64,000 bases of DNA from Candidatus Hydrogenedentota bacterium (GTDB taxonomy: Bacteria > Hydrogenedentota > Hydrogenedentia > Hydrogenedentales > SLHB01): assembly GCA_963668025.2 (NCBI GenBank), contig CAXXTH010000017.1, forward strand, positions 1,312,001-1,376,000, in the 5' to 3' direction. Made by a program: the position numbers and the translations under genes. The notes beneath the pieces were generated by a model. It saw only the letters and a program-made list of their open reading frames with translations. It made no database searches and was not told the DNA's origin. Of the stretch, positions 17,372 through 27,113 are shown piece after piece; the first letter of the stretch is position 1, and every line of letters starts with the position of its first letter.

Positions 17372-19348
17372 ATGTTCTTCAATCGGATATTTCTAACTAT
17401 GGCGGCCATTTCCATGTTGCTTAATGCTGCATATGCCGCTGGACAGGATTATGCCCTGTCCAGCCACGTTAATGACTGGCTGCATCACTCCATTTATGGC
17501 GATCCGTCGTTTGATGCGTTCACCCATTCGAAGGGCAATCCCATTCATACCGGCGCGCCCCCACATGAGTGGCCAGTGAATTGCTTCTGCTTCGAAGACC
17601 CCGTCTCTAATAATTGGTATCTCTATATCGGTCTCTATGCGCAATTTTATACAATCGGCGATGGGAAGACCATGGAATGCCTGTTGTATCGGTCTTCCGA
17701 TAAAGGGCAATCGTGGGAAAAAATAGGGCCCGTGTTTTCCCCTGAGCCATTCTATGTCAATAACAGCAGTGCTGTGGTCGAGCATGCCCCCGATGTGTCG
17801 GTCGTGTATGCCGATGGCAAGTATCACATGGTCTACGATTTCGCCACGGCCAACACTACCTGGGACACCTATGCCGATCCCAAAGGAGGCGGGGCGGAGA
17901 GCGGAGTCGCGTATGCGGTGGCGGACAAGCCGGAAGGGCCATTCACGCGCAGCCCGGAACTGGTGTACCGGGTGAGCACGCAGCAGGCGTTGCTGGGTAA
18001 ATACCGCCGGGGTTACGCGGCTACTCTCGTGAAGCGTGAGAAGGATTGGATGGTCCTGTTCATGATGGACTCGAACATCCATTATAGCTGGGGCCTGTTC
18101 GGCGTCACCGCCCCGAAGCCGGAAGGCCCGTATTCCGCGCCAGTGCCGTTGAAGCTGGTCGAGGGGGATGACTATTATCCGCCATTATTGGAGTATTTCC
18201 CCGCGTTCGTACATGAGGGATACGTCTATTCACCCGCGACCTCCGTCGCGCTGAACCGCAATTACCAGGCCATGCTCAAGGCCCCGCTCGAGGAAGCGAT
18301 GAATCCCGATGCGTGGGAGATTTCGCAAGACGGTTCGGTGTGGCATTCGGATGCCGTTTCAAATGAATATTACGGCATATGGGGCCAGACATTTTCTGGC
18401 TTCGTGGACGGCGATACCATGCTGCAAGTGATGTATCCCTCACGCAACGCGGAAGGGATGGGGACGATCAACTGGGCGTCGCGCCCCTGGGGCCAGTTGC
18501 ACCGCGAGAACGGGTTTGCCTTGACGGCATCCCAAGGCCCGAGCACCGCATTGTTGAAACAAGGCTTCACCGCATTCCGCCTGGATGCGGAACTCCAAAT
18601 ATCGGGCGAATGCGCCGTTATATGGGACTACGCGGCAGCGCTCGAGCCGGATAAGCTCAGCTCGGACGCATCGCTCCATCACGCTTCACTGACACGGTAC
18701 AGCGCGTTATCCATCAAAGAAGCGCAATGGAGCATCGGGCAATATGACGCCCAAGGCGCGTACGCGCAACAGGCTGCAGGCAGCCTATCGGACGCGTTGC
18801 CCTCAACGGTGAAAATCGAAATCAACCGGGATGACGAAGGCGCGGTGCAGGTTGCCATCGGTGGCGAGGAAGTGTGGAGCGGCTCCATGAACGGTGCGGG
18901 CGGACTAGTGGGCTTACTGGCCCCGGCCCATTCCAACATCACGGCCACCCGGTTCAATGTCGAAGGCGATAGGATGAACGGCGGTTTATGGCTTGGAGCG
19001 GGGGATGCGATTTTAGCGGCGGGCGATGTGCCCGATAAGTGGGAGATGGCGGAAAACGCCGCGTTTCGTTTTGGGCGTGGAGCGGTTTCCCTTCTGCCCA
19101 ATTCGCGTGCTAAATGGAATTTCGTGGGAACGGGATTCGCCGTGAATGCCCCGTCGGGGCCGGAATACGGAAAAGCACGGGCGTTCCTTAATGGGGAAGA
19201 CCTTGGGGCCGTGGACTTTTATTCCGAACAAGCCCAGCCTTCCCATGTGATTTTGGAACGCAAGCATTTGAAGAACGACAAAAACGCGCTTGTCCTTAAA
19301 GATATCCAAGGCCGGATTCCGCTGGATTGCATCGAGATTTATGGTTGA
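17372..19348 (+). CDS. secreted beta-propeller (GH43/GH32/sialidase-like) protein with C-terminal beta-sandwich domains (copy A)
   Basis: Signal peptide, Asp-box SSDKGQSW, APDVSVVYADGKYHM, two A-x-KPEGP(F/Y) propeller-blade motifs. Confidence 0.7.
   Translation: MFFNRIFLTMAAISMLLNAAYAAGQDYALSSHVNDWLHHSIYGDPSFDAFTHSKGNPIHTGAPPHEWPVNCFCFEDPVSNNWYLYIGLYAQFYTIGDGKTMECLLYRSSDKGQSWEKIGPVFSPEPFYVNNSSAVVEHAPDVSVVYADGKYHMVYDFATANTTWDTYADPKGGGAESGVAYAVADKPEGPFTRSPELVYRVSTQQALLGKYRRGYAATLVKREKDWMVLFMMDSNIHYSWGLFGVTAPKPEGPYSAPVPLKLVEGDDYYPPLLEYFPAFVHEGYVYSPATSVALNRNYQAMLKAPLEEAMNPDAWEISQDGSVWHSDAVSNEYYGIWGQTFSGFVDGDTMLQVMYPSRNAEGMGTINWASRPWGQLHRENGFALTASQGPSTALLKQGFTAFRLDAELQISGECAVIWDYAAALEPDKLSSDASLHHASLTRYSALSIKEAQWSIGQYDAQGAYAQQAAGSLSDALPSTVKIEINRDDEGAVQVAIGGEEVWSGSMNGAGGLVGLLAPAHSNITATRFNVEGDRMNGGLWLGAGDAILAAGDVPDKWEMAENAAFRFGRGAVSLLPNSRAKWNFVGTGFAVNAPSGPEYGKARAFLNGEDLGAVDFYSEQAQPSHVILERKHLKNDKNALVLKDIQGRIPLDCIEIYG
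18029..19342 (+). repeat. ~1.3-kb near-identical direct repeat, copy 1
   Basis: Matches 40757..42070 at a constant offset of 22728 with scattered substitutions only. Confidence 0.9.
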
Positions 19349-19382
19349 GATAGTAGCGTGAAGTGACGCATCTGGAGGTAGT

Positions 19383-21461
19383 ATGACATCGAGCTTTTTC
19401 CGATTGAATATCGCGGCTTATGCGGTGATAAGCGCTGTGCTATGCTGTATTGTGAGCATTGCGGACGATGCTGTTGGGGGAACGGATGGCATGATACAGG
19501 TGAAGCAATCGATTCTCGTTATATATGACAGCCAAGCATCGTCCGTGGAGAAAAATGCAGCCGATGCGTTTGCCAATCGGCTGCGATTGCGCAGCGGCTT
19601 GGATGTAACGGTGGCTGGCCAGGAAGAAGCGCGCGGCTTGCAGGAAGCGGATGCAAAAGCCTACGGCTTTTTGATTTTAGCGGCGACGGCAGGTTCGAAT
19701 GGTGTTCTAGAAGCGGTGGATGTCCTCTCATCTTCAAAGCCAGAAGGCTTTTCCATTGATATAGGCCGCAGTGCAGGATGGGCCTTGGCCTCCTTCCCTG
19801 GGGTGGCGCATCGGGCGGTGGTATGTGGAAATGACAGCCGGGGCGTGCTGTACGGTTTAGGCAAGCTGCTCCGGCTTATGGACTTCACGAGCCCAGGTTT
19901 TTCCATACAACCGCAAAAATGCGAGGAATCTCCCGCGACGGCACAGCGGGGCGTTTATTTCGCCACGCACTTTAATAACTTCTACGAAAGCGCCCCCATC
20001 GAGGAGATCGAAGCGTACATCGAAGATATGGCGCTTTGGGGATTCAACTCCATCTGGACCTGGTTTGATATGGGGTGGTATCCCGAAGGTTTTTGGGACG
20101 ACCCAAACAGCAAGGGGACGGAGCTGCTGAACCGTATTCGGCGGATTAATGATAAAACCCGCAGCTTGGGATTAACCGCCGGTTTGACGACTGTCGCCAA
20201 TGAAGGTTTCAAATCGCAGCCGCCTAAAGAGCTTCTCGCCGATATGTCGGATAAGCGGGGCGGTTTCTACCCGGAATCGACCATCTGCCCCAGCAAGCCG
20301 GGCGGCATGGAATTAATACTGAAAGACCGCTGCAAGATTTTAGAATTGATCGGGCCTATTGACGCCTATATCACGTGGCCATACGATCAGGGAGGCTGCG
20401 GCTGCGCACAATGCCGCCCTTGGGCGCGCACCTTCATGAAGATCAATCCGGTGATCGCTACGGAAGTCCGGCGGCTGAATCCTAACGTGAAGATTCTTGT
20501 TTCCACCTGGTATTTCAACGCGGAAGAGATGCAGTCGTTTCTTTCCGAGATGAAAACCGGGCCGTTCCCGTATGACGGGATCCTAACGGAAACGAAATGG
20601 CTGGATGCGTTTGAATTCCCCACGGACGGTGAGCGAGTGGTGTTTCCTGAGATCAGCATGGAAGGCAGCCTGTTCTGCGGCTACGGTGCGAGCGGCGCCA
20701 ATCCGATTCAATCCAAGTTCAGCACCGATGCTAAAAAAACGGCGGAACGGGGATTTGGCGCGCTGCTCTATTCCGAGGGCATATATGAAGACCTGAATAA
20801 AATCATCTGGGCATGCACGTTATGGAATCCGGCGCGTGGCGTGGACGACATACTTGACGAATATGCCCGTTTCTATTTCGAGCCCGCCGCGGCCGCCGAC
20901 TGGGCTGCCCTCATTAATGGACTAGAAAAGACATGGCCCCCAGAAGCCTTGCCCGATAAAAGCACGGCGGCAGTTCAGCAGCTTTTTGAATTGGCTGGGC
21001 GGCTGGGCGCTTCCGCGCATGATCCCATCGGCAAGACTCGCTGGCAGTATTTTATGGACCGGGCCGAGATGGATTGGCGCATGGTGCAGATAGGCTCGGA
21101 TATGGAGCTGCTTCGTGAAGCCAAAACCCTCCTTACGGATATTGGGTATTCACGCACTCCTGGCGAGCTGCGGCCATCGGTCCAAACGCTTCGCGATAAA
21201 GCCGCCGCTCGAGCGCAAGCCATCGAAGGGCTGTTTCAGTTTCATTGGGAGTATTTGGAGCGGGCGCATCTCGAGCAGACCACTGCGCTGGTATTGACGC
21301 CTCCTACGTTCATTGGCCAAAGAGACTGGGATTACCTCGAACGCATACTAGATGAAGCGCTGAAAGAAAAAGACGGCGGGCAAATGCGCCTGGCGATTCT
21401 CAAAGGATTTAAACAATGGTTCTGGCACAACAACATCACAATGGATTTCTGTTTTCTTTAG
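19383..21461 (+). CDS. secreted putative glycoside hydrolase (GH20/GH67-type N-terminal domain plus TIM barrel)
   Basis: Signal peptide, PEGFSI...GNDSRGVLYGLGKLLR N-domain motif, RGVYFATHF, WPYDQGGCGCAQC. Confidence 0.6.
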   Translation: MTSSFFRLNIAAYAVISAVLCCIVSIADDAVGGTDGMIQVKQSILVIYDSQASSVEKNAADAFANRLRLRSGLDVTVAGQEEARGLQEADAKAYGFLILAATAGSNGVLEAVDVLSSSKPEGFSIDIGRSAGWALASFPGVAHRAVVCGNDSRGVLYGLGKLLRLMDFTSPGFSIQPQKCEESPATAQRGVYFATHFNNFYESAPIEEIEAYIEDMALWGFNSIWTWFDMGWYPEGFWDDPNSKGTELLNRIRRINDKTRSLGLTAGLTTVANEGFKSQPPKELLADMSDKRGGFYPESTICPSKPGGMELILKDRCKILELIGPIDAYITWPYDQGGCGCAQCRPWARTFMKINPVIATEVRRLNPNVKILVSTWYFNAEEMQSFLSEMKTGPFPYDGILTETKWLDAFEFPTDGERVVFPEISMEGSLFCGYGASGANPIQSKFSTDAKKTAERGFGALLYSEGIYEDLNKIIWACTLWNPARGVDDILDEYARFYFEPAAAADWAALINGLEKTWPPEALPDKSTAAVQQLFELAGRLGASAHDPIGKTRWQYFMDRAEMDWRMVQIGSDMELLREAKTLLTDIGYSRTPGELRPSVQTLRDKAAARAQAIEGLFQFHWEYLERAHLEQTTALVLTPPTFIGQRDWDYLERILDEALKEKDGGQMRLAILKGFKQWFWHNNITMDFCFL

Positions 21462-21485
21462 TCCAAAATAGGAGGTTTCAAGAAA

Positions 21486-22862
21486 ATGTCGGATAAGCCA
21501 TTTTCAACGTTAGCATGGGGTTCAGTCGATCTGGCGCAGTACCCGCATATCGTTACAACGCCGCCCGGGCCGAAATCGAAGGAATACCATACCCGGTGTA
21601 CGAAGTATTTCAAAGGGCTGAGCGGGCAGGTCAAGCTGTTTCCCGTGGTCTTCGAGTCCGGTGAAGGCTGTGTGTTGCGGGATGTGGACGGCAATGAATA
21701 CATTGACTTTTCATCTGGCATTTATGTGACGACGCTTGGCCATTGCCATCCCAAAGTTACGGAAGCGATTGCCAAGTATGCGGGCACGTTGATGAACGCG
21801 CACGACTTCGTGACTCCGATCAAGACGCTGCTTTGCGAGAAGCTTGCCGAGATTTTGCCGGAAGGCCTGACAGGCTACCAGTTCTATGATTCCGGCACGG
21901 CGGCGGTCGAGGCGGGCTTGCGCGTACTGCGCGCTGCTTCGGGGAAAAACGAGATCATCAGCGCATTCTATGATTTCCATGGAAAAACGCAGGGTGCGGT
22001 GTCCCTTGGCCATATTCGCGCCCGTTGTTATGGCGCGACGCGCGTGCCGGGCATGCATATGGTGCCGCGTCCTGACACCTATCGTCCCATGTGGACAAAA
22101 GCGGATGGCTCGATTGACACGGATAAATACATCGAATTCTACGACCAATACCTCGATCGTGCGACCGTTCATGATGTGGCCGGTTTCTGTCTGGAGCCTA
22201 TTCAGGGTTGGGGCGGTTCTGTTATGCCCCCGGACGATTTCTTCCCGAAACTCCGTAAATTCTGCGACGAGAAGAAAATCCTGTTGATGGCGGATGAAGT
22301 CCTCACCAGTTTTGGCCGCACCGGCAAATGGCTGTGCATGGAAAACTGGGGCGTGACGCCCGATGTGGTCACGATGGGCAAAGGCTTTGGCAACGGATTC
22401 CCGGTCACCTGCGTCGCGGTGCGCGAGCCGTATAAAGAGAGTTTCGAGGCGATATCCGCATCGAGCAGTTACGGCGGCAATCCCATGGCGTGCGCGGCGG
22501 CCCTCGCCTGTATCGAGATCATCGAGGAAGACAACCTGCTGGAACACGCCCAGCGGCTGGGTGAAGTCGCCGCGAAGCGCATGGCCCGTATGAAGGAAGA
22601 GCACAAGATAGTCGGCGACGTGCGGGTGATGGGCTGCCTGATGGGCATCGAACTCGTCAAGGACAAAGCCACGAAAGAGCCGTTTGACGAGGCCGGAAAA
22701 CGGGTGTATCAGAATGCATTCCGTAAAGGCCTTGCATGGATACCCGCTGGCCATATTCTTCGGATGAGCCCGCCTATCGTGATGGATGAAGCCACCTTGC
22801 TCAAAGGCCTGGACATGATCGATGAGGCGATCGGCGAAACGGAGAAGGAACTCGCATCGTGA
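21486..22862 (+). CDS. class III PLP-dependent aminotransferase
   Basis: DVDGNEYIDF, LGHCHP, FHGKT, EPIQG, DEVLTSFGRTG, PDVVTMGK (PLP Lys), GGNP. Confidence 0.95.
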   Translation: MSDKPFSTLAWGSVDLAQYPHIVTTPPGPKSKEYHTRCTKYFKGLSGQVKLFPVVFESGEGCVLRDVDGNEYIDFSSGIYVTTLGHCHPKVTEAIAKYAGTLMNAHDFVTPIKTLLCEKLAEILPEGLTGYQFYDSGTAAVEAGLRVLRAASGKNEIISAFYDFHGKTQGAVSLGHIRARCYGATRVPGMHMVPRPDTYRPMWTKADGSIDTDKYIEFYDQYLDRATVHDVAGFCLEPIQGWGGSVMPPDDFFPKLRKFCDEKKILLMADEVLTSFGRTGKWLCMENWGVTPDVVTMGKGFGNGFPVTCVAVREPYKESFEAISASSSYGGNPMACAAALACIEIIEEDNLLEHAQRLGEVAAKRMARMKEEHKIVGDVRVMGCLMGIELVKDKATKEPFDEAGKRVYQNAFRKGLAWIPAGHILRMSPPIVMDEATLLKGLDMIDEAIGETEKELAS

Positions 22863-24022
22863 CGAAACCGGAATTAGGCGTGGGCATTCTTGGGTTCGGC
22901 TTCATGGGCCGGACCCATACCTATGGCTTGGTGAATCTGCCCTTGTTTTACGAGCCGCTTCCGTTCCGGGTGAAGCACGTGTCGGTCTGCACGCCAGTGC
23001 CAGCCGAACAGGAGACGGCGCAATCCATGGGGTATTACCACAAAGTGGTGGCGGATTACCGCGAACTCATTGATGATCCCGAGATCAATGTCATCACGGT
23101 GAGTTCGCCCAATAAATTCCACAAGGAACAGCTCATCGCCGCGATTCAGGCCGGCAAACATGTCTATTGCGACAAGCCGGTGGCGGCGTCTATTCAAGAC
23201 GCGGAAGAAGTGCTCGATGTGATGAAGCAAACCGGGTACCGAGGCAAGAGCCAAGTCGCCCTGCAATACCGCTTCTTCCCGGCGACGATGCGCGCCAAGC
23301 AATTGATTGACGAGGGATTTCTGGGGCGGGTGTTCCACTATCGCGGCGGATACCTGCACTCGAGCAACATCAATCCCAAAAAGCCGATCAACTGGAAGTC
23401 CGATAAAGGGCAAGGCGGCGGCGGGTCGCTGTTCGACATGGGCGCGCACACCTTGGACATGATGACCTATCTGCTCGGTGACATCACCCAGATCAATGCC
23501 CTGTGCGAGACCTTCATCAAACAACGCCCGAGCAAAGAAACGGGGGAGATGGTGTCCGTGGACACCGACGACGCCGCGCTGATGATGCTGCGCCATGCGA
23601 ATGGCGCGGTGGGCATGCTCGAGGCCACTAAATTCGCTACGGGCATTTGCGATGAATTGCGGTTCGAAATACACGGAGAGCTAGGCGCGATACGATTCAA
23701 TCTCATGGCTCCCAATTGGCTGGAGGTGTATGACGTGCGCGATTCGGATTCTCCCATGGGCGGGATGCGGGGCTTTAAGCGCATCGAGTGTGTGCAGCAA
23801 TTCCCGAAACCTGGCGGCGGGTTTCCCAATCCGAAATTTAGTATTGGGTGGATTCGCGCCCACATGCATTGCATGTATAGTTTTTTGGCGAGCATTGCAA
23901 ACGACACCGTTCCCCGTCCCACGCTGGAAGAGGGCATTCAACTCCAGCGGGTGATGGCCGCCGGATACCGCTCCGCGGAATCGGGGAGATGGGTCCAGCC
24001 TTCGGATATTGCTGTTTCTTAG
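22859..24022 (+). CDS. Gfo/Idh/MocA family oxidoreductase
   Basis: GILGFGFMG Rossmann motif, GKHVYCDKP, GGSLFDMGAH; GTGA overlap with the aminotransferase. Confidence 0.93.
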   Translation: MTKPELGVGILGFGFMGRTHTYGLVNLPLFYEPLPFRVKHVSVCTPVPAEQETAQSMGYYHKVVADYRELIDDPEINVITVSSPNKFHKEQLIAAIQAGKHVYCDKPVAASIQDAEEVLDVMKQTGYRGKSQVALQYRFFPATMRAKQLIDEGFLGRVFHYRGGYLHSSNINPKKPINWKSDKGQGGGGSLFDMGAHTLDMMTYLLGDITQINALCETFIKQRPSKETGEMVSVDTDDAALMMLRHANGAVGMLEATKFATGICDELRFEIHGELGAIRFNLMAPNWLEVYDVRDSDSPMGGMRGFKRIECVQQFPKPGGGFPNPKFSIGWIRAHMHCMYSFLASIANDTVPRPTLEEGIQLQRVMAAGYRSAESGRWVQPSDIAVS

Positions 24023-24108
24023 GATGGTTGCCGGTAAACACGCCTGGCTATTCGCCATGAGGTAATGGCGCATAGCCAGGCAAATGCATGAAAGGGAGAT
24101 CGTTCATC

Positions 24109-25500
24109 ATGAGCGCGGGATCAGGAGAATATAAAGATTCAGGCCAAGCAAGCGCAGGCTATTTGTACTTCCTGTCCATTACAGCAGCAATGGGCGGTTT
24201 TTTGTTTGGATATGACTTGAACATCATTACGGGTTCGATGCTCTATTTGCAGGATTATTTCCACATTGAGAGCGCCGAGCTGGGCTTATTAACCAGCAGC
24301 GCCGTGTTTGGCTGCATTTTCGGGCCAATAGTAGCAGTGTGGATGGCCGATTCGCTGGGGCGGCGCAATTCGTTGTATGTAGCGGGCGTCCTGTTCTTCA
24401 TCTCGGCCGTGTGGAGCGCATTAGCGACTACCATACCTACATTCAATATTGCGCGGGCTATTGGCGGTATCGGAGTCGGCATTGCCACGGGCGTATCGCC
24501 GATGTATATCGCGGAGATTTCGCCGGCCCGGCTTCGCGGGAGAATGGTTACAATAAACCAGTTGTCCATTGTCGTGGGCATTGTGTTATCCGTGGTGGTG
24601 GCGCTTTGGCTTTCGTATGGCGGCCATTGGCGCTGGATGTTCGCTTCCGAATGTGTTCCCATCATCCTTTTAATGGTCGGCCTGATGTTCATCCCACGCA
24701 GCCCCCGCTGGCTTGCATCTAAAGGCAAAGACACTGAAGCCATGAAGGTGCTCACTTTTATTAATGGCGCGGAGCAGGCGGCGAAAGAAATAAAAGAGAT
24801 CAAATCCGAACTCGGACAAGAAGTGGGCTCGTTCAAGGAACTCCTTCAGCCGGGTATTCGCTATGCCTTGGTGGTGGCCTGCATTCTCATGATCTTTCAA
24901 CAGATCAATGGCGTGAATATGATACTGCTCTATGCCTCGAAGATATTAGTCGAAGCGGGCATTGGCAGCATATCGAACGCCCTGCTCAATTCGTTGTACG
25001 TCTATTTCTTGATTTTGCTTTGCACCGTGTTTTCTTTTTATATCGTAGCGAAATTCCCACGCCGCAAGATCATCATGGTGGGAGTCACGGGCATGGCCGT
25101 TGGCCACCTGTGCATGGCCTTTGCATTTTATAGCCAGATCTCCCCGTATGTAAACTTGCTGGCGATGCTGATCGCCACGGGCTCCTTCACGCTCACATTT
25201 GCTCCTCTTGGCTGGGTGGTGGTTTCTGAGATTTTCCCCAACCGCGTGCGCGGCAAATGCATGGGCATTGTGACATTCTTCCTCTTCACCTCCTCGTTCT
25301 TCTGCTCCTGGGCATTTCCTAATATCACCGATTATTTTGAAAAGCAATTTGGCACGCAAGCAGGCGCGTACATTTTCTTCGCCTGTATTTGCATGGCATG
25401 CGTGGGATTTGTCTGGAAATATATCCCCGAGACCAAAGACCTAACTTTAGAAGAGATCGGCCAGTTCTGGCTCAACCGTGGCCGGAATAGCGGGAAGTAA
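24109..25500 (+). CDS. MFS sugar porter (XylE/GalP-like), copy A
   Basis: GGFLFGYD, DSLGRR, YIAEISPARLRG, PRSPRWL, QQINGVN, SEIFP, PETK; about 12 TMs. Confidence 0.95.
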   Translation: MSAGSGEYKDSGQASAGYLYFLSITAAMGGFLFGYDLNIITGSMLYLQDYFHIESAELGLLTSSAVFGCIFGPIVAVWMADSLGRRNSLYVAGVLFFISAVWSALATTIPTFNIARAIGGIGVGIATGVSPMYIAEISPARLRGRMVTINQLSIVVGIVLSVVVALWLSYGGHWRWMFASECVPIILLMVGLMFIPRSPRWLASKGKDTEAMKVLTFINGAEQAAKEIKEIKSELGQEVGSFKELLQPGIRYALVVACILMIFQQINGVNMILLYASKILVEAGIGSISNALLNSLYVYFLILLCTVFSFYIVAKFPRRKIIMVGVTGMAVGHLCMAFAFYSQISPYVNLLAMLIATGSFTLTFAPLGWVVVSEIFPNRVRGKCMGIVTFFLFTSSFFCSWAFPNITDYFEKQFGTQAGAYIFFACICMACVGFVWKYIPETKDLTLEEIGQFWLNRGRNSGK

Positions 25501-25523
25501 GCGCAGCGGATAGACACGGAAAG

Positions 25524-25558
25524 CGCAGGATGGAGGCTGAGCCATCCTGCGTTTTTTT
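25524..25558 (+). terminator. rho-independent terminator between convergent operons
   Basis: CGCAGGATGG/CCATCCTGCG 10-bp stem followed by T7. Confidence 0.85.
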
Positions 25559-25578
25559 GATGCTTTGCGTGGTGCTAT

Positions 25579-26616
25579 TTATGACGCCTTAAAGGATTCG
25601 AGCAAGGCCCAGCCGGATTCAATGAACTGGGACAGTGTCCGTTGTGTGACTCCGAATGTGATGAATTCTTCCGGCTTTAATCCGTCCGGTTCATACGCGC
25701 GCACAAATTCTGGGATGGTCATTAAGCGTTCCATCACATCGGGCTCGATCTCCGTATCGATGCCGATGGCCCTTGGCATATCAGGCGCTAAAATCATTTT
25801 CTTGATCTTAGGATGAATCGACATAATGAGTTTACCGCCCGCAAGCCCCGCCATGTGATGCGGGCCCCGCAACGCGGCGACGATCAGGTTCGCACCATAT
25901 CCCCGTTCTTCATACAGATGCAGCGCCCGTTTGGTGATCGCCAAACCTGCTTGGCGGATGTCGGATTCCGTGGCCGCGGATCTCCGGTCTTGCGCCACTT
26001 CACGAAGATAATCGTCAATGCGGCCAATCATGATCACCGGAAAACACTTAGCAGGCTTGATCCCGGCCTGTCGCGCACGGGCTTGGCCTTGTTGATACCT
26101 CACAGCCACTTCAAGGACTTGCGGCACGGAAAAGCTTACTGTCGCCGCGACCGTGATGCCTTCGGCTACACAGTCTTCTAGAACATCCAGCCCGGCGGCG
26201 GTGGCGGGGAGCTTGACCGCGACATTAGGGGCCCAGGAATGAAAGCGCTTCGCGAGCGCCATCATGGATTCACGATCCCCAGCCTTGGATGGATTCACTT
26301 GTGCGCAGATATACCCCTGTTCGCCAGCGGTCTGTTCATACAAGGGCATAAGCGCCTGTGCGCCTGTTTTGACGACCCGGCTCGTTAGCATTTCCGCCAG
26401 TTCCACGGGCTTCAGCCCGCTGGAAGCTTCGCGCAGCCCTTCTTTCCAGGAATCCGGGCAAGAGCGAATCGCTTGATACGCCAGCGGGGGATTAGTGGTG
26501 ATGCCTACAGCGCCGCAAGCCAAAGCGTTTTGAAGCTCGTCTTCTTCTCCGGAATCGAGCCACCATGTGGTGGGCGTTTCGCTGGCAAGCCAGCAGAGGT
26601 AGCAATGATCAGGCAT
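25579..26616 (-). CDS. transaldolase-family protein with atypical active site
   Basis: WLDS, GITTNP, AVKLPAT (Schiff-base Lys), TVSFS, MIGRIDD; AAGGAG SD before the ATG at 26616. Confidence 0.88.
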   Translation of the reverse strand: MPDHCYLCWLASETPTTWWLDSGEEDELQNALACGAVGITTNPPLAYQAIRSCPDSWKEGLREASSGLKPVELAEMLTSRVVKTGAQALMPLYEQTAGEQGYICAQVNPSKAGDRESMMALAKRFHSWAPNVAVKLPATAAGLDVLEDCVAEGITVAATVSFSVPQVLEVAVRYQQGQARARQAGIKPAKCFPVIMIGRIDDYLREVAQDRRSAATESDIRQAGLAITKRALHLYEERGYGANLIVAALRGPHHMAGLAGGKLIMSIHPKIKKMILAPDMPRAIGIDTEIEPDVMERLMTIPEFVRAYEPDGLKPEEFITFGVTQRTLSQFIESGWALLESFKAS

Positions 26617-26645
26617 GATGATCTCCTTTTGAAAAACATGTATGG

Positions 26646-27086
26646 TTATTGTTTTCGGCAAAAAATCTCGCAGGTTTCACCGTCTGGCCCATAAAAATAG
26701 GCCACCCAAACGCCTGGGCGGTATTCCAGCGGTTCGTTATAGAACGCGACGCCGCCAGATTTGAGTCTGTCGTAATCCGCGTGTATATCCGCCGATACGA
26801 AACCCAGGTGTGAAAAACCGATATCCGATTGGGTGCGCTCTTGCGGAATGGGGCGGCCTCTGGGATCAAAATATTCAAACAATTCAATCGTTTTATCGCC
26901 CAGCGTCATTATGGCGATGCGCGCATCGCATCCCGGCAATCCTACGACTTCTCCTAACCGGATATCCGGCGGGCATTCGATAATGCGGGACAGTTGAAAT
27001 CCAAGCATGTCCCGGTAAAATGAGATGGAGCGCTCCAGGCTGCTCACGCTAAGCCCTGTATGTTCGAGTTCAATATTCATGTTCAT
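26646..27086 (-). CDS. VOC/glyoxalase family protein (methylmalonyl-CoA epimerase-like)
   Basis: EHTGLSV, FYRDMLG, IELFEY, HLGF, YGPDGETCE metal-ligand pattern. Confidence 0.88.
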   Translation of the reverse strand: MNMNIELEHTGLSVSSLERSISFYRDMLGFQLSRIIECPPDIRLGEVVGLPGCDARIAIMTLGDKTIELFEYFDPRGRPIPQERTQSDIGFSHLGFVSADIHADYDRLKSGGVAFYNEPLEYRPGVWVAYFYGPDGETCEIFCRKQ

Positions 27087-27113
27087 ATTCCTTGAGGCGT
27101 TACGCATGAGGAA

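Noticed and set aside
16174-19348. Diversity-generating retroelement or shufflon explaining the paralogue variation
   Set aside because: No reverse transcriptase or invertase, and the repeat differences do not look adenine-specific.
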